Shown: piece by piece, positions 38,041-46,901 of the stretch
Layout: the number at the start of each line of letters is the position of its first letter
Numbering within the stretch: the first letter of the stretch is position 1
NCBI GenBank assembly: GCA_964355645.1
Contig: CAYHDI010000001.1
Span: 92,897-156,896 of the forward strand
DNA: 64,000 nucleotides
Direction of reading: 5' to 3'
Source: an uncultured Candidatus Saccharibacteria bacterium
Lineage (GTDB): Bacteria; Patescibacteriota; Minisyncoccia; Phycocordibacterales; Zambryskibacteraceae
Program-made: the position numbers and the translations under genes
The notes under the pieces: model-generated
Told to the model about the DNA's origin: nothing
What the model saw: the letters and a program-made list of their open reading frames with translations, nothing else
The model's database searches: none

Positions 38041-39549
38041 CTATCTCACCCCATGTTTCCCTTTTATCTTTTCAATTTCTTTTTCTTCTTCTCCTTCATT
38101 TTTCTTTCTCGCTCCTTCTCCTAATGTTTTTAATTCTTCGAATGGAAGGGAGTGCAACTCTACTACTCTCTTTTCAAGGTAAGTCTCTGTGTTAAGAGTA
38201 GGGTCTTCGAGGATTTCTGAAAGCAAAATTTCTAATATGAAACCAATGTATGGCCCGGGTTTTTCTCCGGTAAATTTCATTATCTTCTCACCATTTACCT
38301 TGAGCTGTTTGGCACTGATTGGGTCGCGCATCACTTCTTCAATCATCGAATGATATTTGCGTAGACGATACGGAGATTCTTTCGGCCTACCTGTGCCTAT
38401 CCTGTCGCAGGCGCGTACGTCCATGAGGTCCCAGATGAGCTCGGGTGAGACGTTCCTGACCATCCTTCTAACCGCAGAGAGTGAAATTTCTTCAGTGTCT
38501 GAGAAGAACATGTGCCAACGTACAAGCTTGGTCACTTTCTCCACGATTTCTTTCGGAAACTTCAAATCTATCAAGATATTCTTGGCTATTTTCGAGCCCA
38601 CCACTTCGTGTCCATAGAAGGTCCATTGTTCATTTTGCCACCTTTTGGTATGCGGTTTGGCTATATCATGCAGGAGTGTGGCCAGCCGAACATGGAGGGG
38701 CAAATTTTTCTTGGCCGAATGATCGAGGGAACGAAGAAGATGTTCCCACACAGTGAAAGCGTGGGCTTGATTCTGCTCAACTCCGATCCCCTTTTCAAAT
38801 TCCGGGGAAATGAATTTCAAAAGTCCAAGACGAGCAGAAAGATCGAGAGCGATAGCCGGCGAATCGGACATAATTATTTTCGTGAACTCATCTCTGATGC
38901 GTTCCTTACTGATATGTTCAAGCAAACTTGCATTTTTTTGTATGGCTTCCTGAGTTTTGTGTTCGATGGAGAAATCCAAAGTGGAAGCGAAGCGCAAAGC
39001 CCGAAGCATCCGCAGGGCGTCTTCATTAAATCTTTCTTCAGGCTTGCCCACAGTGCGAATAGTTTTCTTCTCAATATCTTTTTCACCCTCATACAAGTCG
39101 ATTAGTTTATTATTTTTTATATCATAGGCGAGCGCGTTCACAGTGAAATCTCTACGAGCGAGATCTTCTGCGAGAGTTTTTCCCCACACCACGGAGTCTG
39201 GTCGGCGAAAATCACTATAGACTGACTCCACGCGGAACGGAGTGACTTCGACGACTTTTAGACTTTCTGACTTTTCACTTTCATCTACGACCCCCACAGT
39301 TCCATATTCGTTTTCATAAAAAGTATGAGGAAAAAGTTTTTGGATTTGTTCTGGTGTGGCATTGGTAGTGATGTCCCAATCTTTTGGTTCTCTACCCAAG
39401 ATTAAATCTCGCACACATCCACCCACGACAAAATTTTCGAATCCAGACTTCGAAAGAATTTCTGAAATATTTTTTATTGGTTTAGGAATTTCGAGTTTGT
39501 TTGTTTCTGTTTTCATATTCAGGGTGCCCAGAACTAGATTATAAATCAA
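38041..39549 (-). CDS. cca: CCA-adding enzyme / poly(A) polymerase family nucleotidyltransferase with HD domain
   Basis: Pol-beta NTase head (FVVGGCVRDLILGREPKDWDITT) and HD domain (ATLLHDIAKPHT). Confidence 0.8.
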   Translation of the reverse strand: MIYNLVLGTLNMKTETNKLEIPKPIKNISEILSKSGFENFVVGGCVRDLILGREPKDWDITTNATPEQIQKLFPHTFYENEYGTVGVVDESEKSESLKVVEVTPFRVESVYSDFRRPDSVVWGKTLAEDLARRDFTVNALAYDIKNNKLIDLYEGEKDIEKKTIRTVGKPEERFNEDALRMLRALRFASTLDFSIEHKTQEAIQKNASLLEHISKERIRDEFTKIIMSDSPAIALDLSARLGLLKFISPEFEKGIGVEQNQAHAFTVWEHLLRSLDHSAKKNLPLHVRLATLLHDIAKPHTKRWQNEQWTFYGHEVVGSKIAKNILIDLKFPKEIVEKVTKLVRWHMFFSDTEEISLSAVRRMVRNVSPELIWDLMDVRACDRIGTGRPKESPYRLRKYHSMIEEVMRDPISAKQLKVNGEKIMKFTGEKPGPYIGFILEILLSEILEDPTLNTETYLEKRVVELHSLPFEELKTLGEGARKKNEGEEEKEIEKIKGKHGVR

Positions 39550-39589
39550 TTCTGGGCTACCCCGTAGTGAACTTTGTTCTACTTCGGGG

Positions 39590-39660
39590 TGCGGGATGGG
39601 GGAATCGGACTCCCGACTACAGTTTGGAAAACTGTCGTTTTACCACTAAACTAATCCCGC
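39590..39660 (-). tRNA. tRNA-Gly (anticodon TCC)
   Basis: Hand-folded cloverleaf: acceptor GCGGGAT/ATCCCGC, anticodon arm ACAGT-TTTCCAA-ACTGT, T-loop TCCGATT. One A-C mismatch in the T-stem. Confidence 0.65.
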
Positions 39661-39672
39661 ATTGGTATTCTT

Positions 39673-39743
39673 TCGGGGCGCCGAGAATCGAACTCGGACC
39701 ACATGCTCCCAAAGCAAGTATACTACCACTATACTACGCCCCG
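39673..39743 (-). tRNA. tRNA-Pro (anticodon TGG)
   Basis: Acceptor CGGGGCG/CGCCCCG, anticodon loop TTTGGGA, T-arm CCGAG-TTCGATT-CTCGG. Confidence 0.6.
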
Positions 39744-39757
39744 TTTATATTCATCTT

Positions 39758-39828
39758 TCGGGCTGCCGGGACTCGAACCCGGGTCTCACGAACCCGAATC
39801 GTGAATAATACCTCTATAATACAGCCCG
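39758..39828 (-). tRNA. tRNA-Pro (anticodon CGG)
   Basis: Acceptor CGGGCTG/CAGCCCG, anticodon arm CACGA-TTCGGGT-TCGTG, T-arm CCGGG-TTCGAGT-CCCGG. The D-arm is atypical. Confidence 0.55.
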
Positions 39829-39916
39829 TAGGAATTTATCCTAGCATGGAGAAGGTTATTTACCAAAGAAAAATAAACTCGATTTTTTTCGTAAGATAAG
39901 ATATTATCATCTAACT

Positions 39917-39987
39917 GCGGGTATGGTTCAGTGGTAGAACAACTGGTTGCCAATCAGTAGATGGGAGTCCGATTCTCCCTACCCGCA
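39917..39987 (+). tRNA. tRNA-Gly (anticodon GCC)
   Basis: GCGGGTA...TGGTTCAGTGGTAGAACA...ACTGG-TTGCCAA-TCAGT...GGGAG-TCCGATT-CTCCC-TACCCGC-A folds as a clean cloverleaf. Confidence 0.7.
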
Positions 39988-40013
39988 CTGAGAAAAATAT
40001 ACTAATATCGATT

Positions 40014-40087
40014 GGTGCCCCCGCTAGGACTCGAACCTAGAACGACTGCTTCGAAGGCAGTTATGATATCCATTTCACTACGGGAGC
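40014..40087 (-). tRNA. tRNA-Arg (anticodon TCG), CCA encoded
   Basis: Acceptor GCTCCCG/CGGGGGC with a 3' ACCA, anticodon arm ACTGC-CTTCGAA-GCAGT, T-arm CTAGG-TTCGAGT-CCTAG. Confidence 0.7.
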
Positions 40088-40138
40088 AGTGAGTTTTGTT
40101 TATAATACGCTATTAAAAACTTTTGCCAAGCAAGAGCT

Positions 40139-40474
40139 TTGGTGATGAAGGCTTTTCACTATCATATTCTCAACAATCTCATCATAGATGAATATAGAAA
40201 GCACAAGACGATGTCTCTCGATGTGCTCATCGAAAAAGGATTTGAACCAAAGGACAATGAAGCCGAACGCCCGTTTGACATGTTGGCTGGCAAGACGGCT
40301 CTCCTTCTTATCCAACAACTTCCGTTAAATTATCAAAAAGTGATGCGTATGAAGTTTGTCCAAGATCTCTCGCTCGAGGAGATGTCTCTTATCACTGGTC
40401 AAACAAAGAACACTATCGCAGTGCAAATACACCGAGGCCTTGCTAAACTCAGATTATTATATAACCCAGTTTAA
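40139..40474 (+). pseudogene. 5'-truncated ECF-type sigma-70 factor (regions 2.4-4 only, TTG start)
   Basis: HYHILNNLIIDEYRK resembles region 2.4 and LPLNYQKVMRMKFVQDLSLEEMSLITGQTKNTIAVQIHRGLAKLR is the region-4 HTH. Regions 2.1-2.3 are absent and the truncation point abuts tRNA-Arg. Confidence 0.5.
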
Positions 40475-40479
40475 CGGCC

Positions 40480-40923
40480 CTAAATAATGATGTTTTCTAA
40501 CATCTCAACTCTCGCCTTTCGGTTTGTCTGATCAATTTTGACCGTGATTATGTCTAATTGCCAATCCATATTGTCCAAACGCTTTTCAAGAATGTAAGTC
40601 TGAATCGCACGAGCCAAACGTTTTAGTTTTTGTGGGTGAACGTTCTCCTCTGGCCTATAACCAGCTTCATGAATAACATTAGCAGGCAATGTTACACAAG
40701 AAACACTCTTTACCTCTACAAAACGGATAATCCCCTTCCTTTTAGCAATAATATCAAGCTCGCCCCATTTGCGTAGGTAATTCCTATCAAGAATCTCAAA
40801 CCCGTGCCTTTTTAAGTAATCACAAGCGATATTTTCGCCGATATCGCCTAATTTTCTCTTTTCAGTCCGATTATCGGGTTTCGGGCTTGCCCTGAGCTTG
40901 TCGAAGGGTTTCATGAATAACAT
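40480..40923 (-). CDS. YraN/UPF0102 family endonuclease
   Basis: LGDIGENIACDYLKRHGFEILDRNYLRKWGELDIIAKRKGIIRFVEVKS matches the family. Confidence 0.7.
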   Translation of the reverse strand: MLFMKPFDKLRASPKPDNRTEKRKLGDIGENIACDYLKRHGFEILDRNYLRKWGELDIIAKRKGIIRFVEVKSVSCVTLPANVIHEAGYRPEENVHPQKLKRLARAIQTYILEKRLDNMDWQLDIITVKIDQTNRKARVEMLENIII

Positions 40924-41119
40924 AAAGTTAAATGTTTCACGTGAAGACGCTTTATGTATATATGGCCAAGATTAAGGATGAAAAGGGCAATAATTGTTAT
41001 GGACATGTCTTTAATACACAGTTTCCCCACACTTATCCACAGTTATAAAGTTTTGTGTTCTAGTAATCCCTAAAATTAAGGATTTTTTGGCACTTTTTGA
41101 TTTTAGCATGAAAATTTAA

Positions 41120-41450
41120 AGGACAAACAAAAACCGCCGGCGGGGCGATCCGCGGCGGGTGTCCACGACCGCTTTGCGGTCGGGAAGAAAGATAAGCCCC
41201 AGAACGAACTAGTGAGGCGAAGGATAAACTCAATCGCATAATTAAAGGTGAGGATTGGTGTCCTCCACCATACATAGTTCAAACCAGGCACTCCTTTCGG
41301 GGGAGTCGTACGACTCCCAATATATATTCGTCGACGTTTGTGCGATGCACCCGCCAGATCTTGTCGCTCAAGAGGAGAAACTTTCACCAGAGGAAGCGTC
41401 TGTACATAGTATACATCTTTAAAGGACAAATAATTAAAACAAAACTGTGG
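41120..41450. ncRNA. GC-rich structured element of unknown class in a 560-bp ORF-free spacer
   Basis: About 60% GC within a ~33% GC context. Contains GC hairpins (CCGCCGGCGG..., GGGGGAGTCGTACGACTCCC) and a ...CCTCCACCA stretch at 41262-41270. On the minus strand it ends in a GC hairpin followed by TTTTTGTTTG. No class could be assigned by eye. Confidence 0.2.
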
Positions 41451-41485
41451 ATAACGAAATTATTTTGTCTCTTAAATATATGGCT

Positions 41486-42265
41486 CTATTTAAGGGTTAA
41501 TTTGATAGGACAGTGATCTGAACCGAGAATGTTGTCAAGGATTTCCATGGATTCAATATTTTTCATCATTTCAAGTGAGGCAAAAAAGTAATCAATTCTC
41601 CAACCGACATTTCTTTCTCGAGCGAAAGTTTTCATATCCCAATATGTATAAGCCTCAGTTTTCTTCGGATTAAAATGTCTGAAAACATCTGTCCATCCAT
41701 GTGAGATTAACTTATCCATCCAAGCCCGTTCGATAGGGAGGAAGCCGACATGTGTTTCATTTTCTTTTGGTCTCGCAAGGTCTATGGCTGTATGGGCCAC
41801 ATTCACATCTCCACAAAAGATGATATTCGGCTGTTTCTTGTGTAACTCATCTATGAATTTTAGAAAATGGTCATAAAAATCAAGTTTATAGTGCAATCTT
41901 TCTGAAGCACCGCCTCCGTTGGGAAAATAACAGTTTATAAGTGAAAAATCCTTATAATGAGCCACAATTAAACGTCCTTCTTGGTCCATTTCCTTTATTC
42001 CAAGGTCGTTGGCTACCCCAATCGGCTCTTCTCTTGAATATATAGCTACTCCGCTGTAGCCTTTCTTGAGAGTAGGGAAGTGAAAGTAGGAATAGAAACC
42101 TTTCGGCGAACGAGCTTCGTCCGGAAGTTGTTCAGGCAAAGTTTTCGTTTCTTGAATACACAAGATATCAGGATTTTCCTCGAGGATTCGGTCAAAGGCC
42201 CCTTTCTTGTGCACTGCTCGCAGACCGTTCACGTTCCAAGAGATGATAGATAGATTTTTCTTCAT
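41486..42265 (-). CDS. xth: exodeoxyribonuclease III
   Basis: IISWNVNGLRAVHKK...ILCIQETK with the EEP-fold motifs through to the C-terminal SDHCPI. Confidence 0.9.
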   Translation of the reverse strand: MKKNLSIISWNVNGLRAVHKKGAFDRILEENPDILCIQETKTLPEQLPDEARSPKGFYSYFHFPTLKKGYSGVAIYSREEPIGVANDLGIKEMDQEGRLIVAHYKDFSLINCYFPNGGGASERLHYKLDFYDHFLKFIDELHKKQPNIIFCGDVNVAHTAIDLARPKENETHVGFLPIERAWMDKLISHGWTDVFRHFNPKKTEAYTYWDMKTFARERNVGWRIDYFFASLEMMKNIESMEILDNILGSDHCPIKLTLK

Positions 42266-42371
42266 GTTTTAATTCTAGCACGCGCGAACTGTGGATATAA
42301 AACGGCTCGCTTTTGTTCTAAAGATGTTAAACTAAATGTAGTTATAAATATTTTAATCTAAAGAACTTTTC

Positions 42372-43016
42372 ATGGAATCAAACAATCAATTTTCTCCAAT
42401 TCCAAACCCAGTCCCCCAACCAATCATCGCCGAAGGCGGGACCTCGCCAAAGGCGATGGCTCCTTCATATACACCTACGCCCGCATCATCTCCCGCGCCT
42501 CAAATGAAACCAGAGATGAAATCTATTTCGACTGGGACGAGTAGTATGTCGAGTCCAATTTGGCTTGGAGTGGCTGTGATAATTATTCTCATCGTCGCTT
42601 ATTTCTTGTGGAGTTCTTCAGGCAATAAAGTCAACAAAACAACTTTTAGTTCTGAAAATGTAGTAGTGAAAACAACCAACGTAGCTGTAGCGACTGAAGC
42701 AGAAAAGTTGCCGGCCGGATTCCTCAAATCAATTCCTGTGGAGACAACCTACATCACCGAAAGCACCACTCTGACTTATCCAGAGAGAAAAGCCGTTTTG
42801 TATTCCGTATCTTATTTCTCAACCAAACAACAACAAGAAATTTTTACCATATACGGAAATTTCTTAAAGGAAAATGGATACAAAATCACTAACACCAACA
42901 AATCGGCGAGTTATATGATGTATCAAGCAACGAAAGATAATAATGATATCACCGTGGTCATCACTCCTCAACCAGACCGAATAATGGTTCAAGTCAGCTA
43001 CGTGGTGAGAGGGTAA
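42372..43016 (+). CDS. membrane-anchored hypothetical protein
   Basis: Pro-rich N-terminus and one TM (IWLGVAVIIILIVAYFLW). Followed by the terminator AACAGCCCAAAATAGGGCTGTTTTAA. Confidence 0.45.
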   Translation: MESNNQFSPIPNPVPQPIIAEGGTSPKAMAPSYTPTPASSPAPQMKPEMKSISTGTSSMSSPIWLGVAVIIILIVAYFLWSSSGNKVNKTTFSSENVVVKTTNVAVATEAEKLPAGFLKSIPVETTYITESTTLTYPERKAVLYSVSYFSTKQQQEIFTIYGNFLKENGYKITNTNKSASYMMYQATKDNNDITVVITPQPDRIMVQVSYVVRG

Positions 43017-43099
43017 AAAAGTAGAAAGTAATTAGTAAACAGCAAACGAAAAGTTTGATTATTAAAACAGCCCAAAATAGGGCTGTTTTAAGGCTGAAT

Positions 43100-44300
43100 C
43101 CTGTGCACAGGAAAGATTGAATTAAGCAACATCATATCAGACACTCTTTAATCTTTTCCTTAGGTGTTAAGCCGTTAATTCCCAAATGTTCACGTTCATT
43201 GTTATACCAATCAATATAGACTTGTCTCTTTAAATCAAGATCCTCAAGGGTTTTGAATGATACTTGATTCCAGAATTCTTCTCTATCTGTCCGGTGGCTT
43301 CTTTCCACCTTGCCATTCTGAGATGGTTTGCCCGGTTGAATCAGATAATGAATGATTTTGTTTTTAAGACAAGTTTGATCAAACAAATGTTTCTTTCTTG
43401 CACCCAGGCTCTTGTATGCTCCAACATATCTATTAGTGAAGATGGAACCGTTATCTGTCTTAACCCCCAGGACTTTGAATGGGGCGTGTTTAATCACTTC
43501 ATCCAGAAATCTCGAAGCATTTAATGAATGTTGTTCCGAATAAAACTTCAAGAATCTCCATCTGGTGCAGCAATCTATAGCCGTGAACTGAAAGATCCAT
43601 TTATCTTTATATCTCTTCATTAAAGCCACATCTATCTCTATAAGTTCTCCAGGAACCAAACTCTTCGGTTTCCAGATATCAGTTCTAGGTATTCGTCTCT
43701 TGGTTCGTACTAACTTCTCACGTTTCAAGACTTTATGTATTCCTCTGGCACTCATCACAGTTCCTTCTTTCAAGAGTCTGAATCTAATTTTTTGAGCACA
43801 GAAATTGTGTTCACTTCTAATTTCTCGTATTCTTTGAACTATATGTATTGGAGTGGTATGAGGATGAGAGTGATGAGCTCTGGATTTCTCCTTGAGACCA
43901 GTTAATCCATTCTTGAGATAACTCCTCTTCCATCTATGCAAAGTATCTCGGCAGAACCCAGAACGTTGGCTTAACTCTGTGATTGATAAATTTCCTTCAA
44001 AATGAAGCTTGAGCCAACGTTCCCGTTCGCTGGCAATCAATATATCTGTTTTTCTTATCATCTTAACCATAGTTTTACACTGTCTGAGATGATGGTACAC
44101 AATACCATTTACACTTGCTTTATTTTCAATTAGTGGTAGTTTAACAATCAGAGCGGTTCCCTTATTCAGGAGTTCAGATGACCAAATCTCAAGAGAATTG
44201 TCATGATGAAGATATTGGCAAACTTGGTCAGAATCCATTTGCTGTAGCAGATGATCCGCCGGATTCTGATCAGATTCTCAAGCAACTCATGGTCGATTAC
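43100..44300. mobile_element. IS481-family insertion sequence (ends not resolved by eye)
   Basis: Single full-length transposase ORF. Terminal inverted repeats could not be defined confidently. Confidence 0.5.
43132..44238 (-). CDS. IS481-family DDE transposase
   Basis: N-terminal HTH (LSITELSQRSGFCRDTLHRWKRSY) and rve integrase core (KTDNGSIF...IQPGKPSQNGKVERSHRT...EREHLGINGLTP). Confidence 0.8.
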   Translation of the reverse strand: MDSDQVCQYLHHDNSLEIWSSELLNKGTALIVKLPLIENKASVNGIVYHHLRQCKTMVKMIRKTDILIASERERWLKLHFEGNLSITELSQRSGFCRDTLHRWKRSYLKNGLTGLKEKSRAHHSHPHTTPIHIVQRIREIRSEHNFCAQKIRFRLLKEGTVMSARGIHKVLKREKLVRTKRRIPRTDIWKPKSLVPGELIEIDVALMKRYKDKWIFQFTAIDCCTRWRFLKFYSEQHSLNASRFLDEVIKHAPFKVLGVKTDNGSIFTNRYVGAYKSLGARKKHLFDQTCLKNKIIHYLIQPGKPSQNGKVERSHRTDREEFWNQVSFKTLEDLDLKRQVYIDWYNNEREHLGINGLTPKEKIKECLI

Positions 44301-44312
44301 TAGAGGTTCCGT

Positions 44313-45602
44313 ATGAACCTCTTTTTTGTTAGTATGTCTGTATATATGAAATCTTTGACCAAATTTGGAGTAGAATTTCATCACGAAGTTTTAAGGAATG
44401 GGGTAAATCTTTTCTTGTTCAAAAGGAAGGGCATGCCTATTTATATAAGGGCCACTTTTTTTGCTGGTTCGCGTTTCGATTCAATCCACGGTACGGCACA
44501 TTTCTATGAACACATGCTCGTAGCTGGTACAAAAAAATTTCCCTCAAAAAATTTAATTGCAGACTATATTCAAAAAGTTGGAGGAGAATTTGGAGCGAGT
44601 ACCAGTAATACAATTTTGAAATTCAATGTAGAAATACCCGAGGCTAAGGATTTGGAGACAGGAATAGAAATTATGAGAGAGTGCCTGGTCAACTCGCTTT
44701 TTGATCCCAAGACTATCGAAACCGAAAGAGGCTCGATTATTTCTGAACTTAATGCGAAAAAAACAAACCCAAACGAATATGTTTTTGAAGTATTTTCTAG
44801 AATCGCCTTTCAAGACACGGCTCTTGAGAACAGTGTTCTGGGTACAGAAGCTGAGGTTAAGACAATTAAAAAAGACGATCTTTTAAATTTTGGATCCAAG
44901 TTTATACATTCAGGCAATCTCGCTTTTGTTGCCAGTGGAGATATCAATATTGATGAATTAAAAACAGCACTCGAAAGTATTCATATTCCAGAAGGAAAAA
45001 AATTTGAAGTAGAAAACCAGATACCAACAATAAAAACCCGAAATTCAGAGATTGAATTTTACTCTGGAGTTAAACAGCTACAAGTAATTTTTGGCTGCCG
45101 TACATCCATTGAAACATTTAAGGAATATTGTGCTTTAAGAGTTTTAAACAATGTTCTTGGGGGCGGGAGGGGTTCTCGGTTGATAACCAAACTTCGTTAT
45201 GAAAATGGTTTGGTATATTCAGTCTCAAGTAATATTCTTGAATCTGCTGATTGGGGAATGTTCAGAATAAGGTTATCTTGTGATAAGGATAATTTTAAAC
45301 TGGCGAAGCAGTTAATTTTAGATGAATTCGATAATTTAAAACAGAACAATATTACTACAGAAGAATTGGAGAACAACAAATCTAAAATCTCGAAAGGCTC
45401 AATTCGAGATTTGCAAACATCGATTTCTTGGGTTAATAATCACGAAACAGATTCTATTTTTAACCCAGAAGCTTTAAATACTATTGAAGACCATATTAAA
45501 ATGATAGAAAACCTGACGTTGGATGATATAAGTATGGTGATAAAAAAATATCTAAGAGAAGAAAACTTTTATACCGCTATTTGTGGAGATTATAAAAAGT
45601 AG
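44313..45602 (+). CDS. M16-family (pitrilysin/insulinase-like) zinc peptidase
   Basis: Inverted zinc motif HFYEH with a downstream Glu, and the two-domain M16 architecture. Confidence 0.7.
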   Translation: MNLFFVSMSVYMKSLTKFGVEFHHEVLRNGVNLFLFKRKGMPIYIRATFFAGSRFDSIHGTAHFYEHMLVAGTKKFPSKNLIADYIQKVGGEFGASTSNTILKFNVEIPEAKDLETGIEIMRECLVNSLFDPKTIETERGSIISELNAKKTNPNEYVFEVFSRIAFQDTALENSVLGTEAEVKTIKKDDLLNFGSKFIHSGNLAFVASGDINIDELKTALESIHIPEGKKFEVENQIPTIKTRNSEIEFYSGVKQLQVIFGCRTSIETFKEYCALRVLNNVLGGGRGSRLITKLRYENGLVYSVSSNILESADWGMFRIRLSCDKDNFKLAKQLILDEFDNLKQNNITTEELENNKSKISKGSIRDLQTSISWVNNHETDSIFNPEALNTIEDHIKMIENLTLDDISMVIKKYLREENFYTAICGDYKK

Positions 45603-45654
45603 AACCCCCCAGCTTACGCCAAGGGGTTCGACAATACCGCTGACCGCAGCTACT

Positions 45655-45756
45655 TTACGACGCCGGGGAATCAGCGTCGGAATCCTCGCTGTAGTCATCG
45701 CTGCTGACGTCATCGACGTCCGCATCGTTGGCGCTGTCGCCATCGTCTGCCATCAT
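45655..45756 (-). CDS. 33-aa highly acidic Asp/Ser-rich peptide in a GC-rich segment
   Basis: MMADDGDSANDADVDDVSSDDYSEDSDADSPAS. SD-like GAGGTG 4 nt upstream. Promoter-like TTGACA-N15-TATAAT on the minus strand at about 45845-45875. Not in the ORF track (<60 aa). Confidence 0.35.
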   Translation of the reverse strand: MMADDGDSANDADVDDVSSDDYSEDSDADSPAS

Positions 45757-45895
45757 GATACACCTCTCGAGAGGATTGGGCAGTTTTCCACGCTTCCCTG
45801 ATGTGGGGAGATCGCAGAGGGAGCAAAGATCACTCCTACTTTCAGATTATACCCGTATGGCTTTTTGTCAATATCCAACACGCGGGCCCTTTTTG

Positions 45896-46147
45896 TTATT
45901 TAATTTTTTCTATCTCTTTTGGTTTAATCAATTTTATATCAATAATTTGTTTAGTTTTAATATCAAGATAATCAACGACGGTATTATTCATGGCGTTAAA
46001 ACCTATACGAAAAGTTTTTTCATTTTCCTTCATTAATACCCCAACACATTTATACTTATTTTTATCGGCATCAAGCGCGGTCAACTCAATCACAATATTA
46101 TTTTTTTTGTTTTCTGGGCTGAATTTTGGAATAGGTTTTGCTTTCAT
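45896..46147 (-). CDS. hypothetical small protein (very AT-rich)
   Basis: 83-aa ORF with no motif. Confidence 0.35.
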   Translation of the reverse strand: MKAKPIPKFSPENKKNNIVIELTALDADKNKYKCVGVLMKENEKTFRIGFNAMNNTVVDYLDIKTKQIIDIKLIKPKEIEKIK

Positions 46148-46153
46148 AATTAA

Positions 46154-46645
46154 TTAAATAATTTTTATTTCAGTAATAAACGATTTCGGTATCATATAAT
46201 ATTTTGGTTTTTTCTGTGGATGATTTTTAATTGGTAATGGATGTGTTTTAATGGTTTCCGGATTTTTTAATACTAAATAAGAATTTGTTGCCTTATATAA
46301 AATACCCTCGGAGTACATAATCGAACAATCCCTCTTGGGCATATTTGCAATATAAACAATATCTCGCCATACAACGGATATATTCGACCCGATTTTAATT
46401 TTCTGTAGCCCTTGAATTTCAAAGTTTTTGTTTAAAGAAGTCAGCGCATTTGCTGGAATTATTAATCCTTTAATTATTTGTTTGTTATCTTTGTTTTTAG
46501 ATATTTGTTTTATGAATTCAATGGTTATGTTTTTCTTGCTTTTTCTCATATACCCATATGCTTCATGAATAGACAGTTTTGTAGGTAAATTCTTATTATA
46601 AAAATAAGATGCGTCAATGTATTTTATGTTAGATATTTTTTCCAT
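46154..46645 (-). CDS. hypothetical protein (start trimmed to MEKISNIKY; the ORF-track N-terminal 78 aa are read-through of a GC-rich insert)
   Basis: Composition switches sharply at 46650. The AT-rich part forms a coherent 164-aa ORF. Confidence 0.4.
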   Translation of the reverse strand: MEKISNIKYIDASYFYNKNLPTKLSIHEAYGYMRKSKKNITIEFIKQISKNKDNKQIIKGLIIPANALTSLNKNFEIQGLQKIKIGSNISVVWRDIVYIANMPKRDCSIMYSEGILYKATNSYLVLKNPETIKTHPLPIKNHPQKKPKYYMIPKSFITEIKII

Positions 46646-46700
46646 ATACTTTAATAATAAACCCGGGGAGGATGATAATCTATCCTCCCCGGTTGTGCTG

Positions 46701-46901
46701 TTACTTCTTGGACCCGAAGACGGAATCCCAGAAGCTTGTAGCGCGACTTCCAGATTCGTCGTCGCGACTGAACGATTGGCTGTTCTTCTCTGAGTTCCCC
46801 CGTTCGAACACGCCTGCCTCGGTGGCATCATCTTGTGCCTGGTGCTCTGCCGCCACAGCTTTGCTCGAAGAATCGCCACTGTCGCTTGAGTATTTGTTCA
46901 C
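46701..46901 (-). CDS. 66-aa acidic Ser/Asp-rich protein in a GC-rich segment
   Basis: GTG start preceded by AAAAGGAGG at an 8-nt spacing, and a minus-strand TTGAAA-N17-TATAAT promoter at about 46985-47015. Confidence 0.45.
   Translation of the reverse strand: MNKYSSDSGDSSSKAVAAEHQAQDDATEAGVFERGNSEKNSQSFSRDDESGSRATSFWDSVFGSKK

Noticed and set aside
38512-39105. 197-aa plus-strand ORF
   Set aside because: Antisense within the cca gene.
41120-41450. tmRNA (ssrA) assignment for the GC-rich spacer element
   Set aside because: It has a CCTCCACCA end and a possible short tag-like frame. However there is no GGUUCGAnUCC T-loop or 5' GGGG...acceptor strand in normal or permuted arrangement that I could pair convincingly. 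Left as an unclassified ncRNA candidate.
41033-41456. Second oriC at the xth-yraN spacer, based on perfect DnaA-box 9-mers at 41033 and 41448
   Set aside because: One or two perfect 9-mers are expected by chance in 64 kb of AT-rich DNA (about 0.5 per window). The dnaA-proximal cluster is the credible origin.
46646-46879. N-terminal 78 aa of ORF 46154-46879 as listed in the track
   Set aside because: Encoded by the GC-rich acidic-peptide unit in a different frame from its real ORF. Composition and an internal Met (MEKISN) indicate the true gene starts at 46645.
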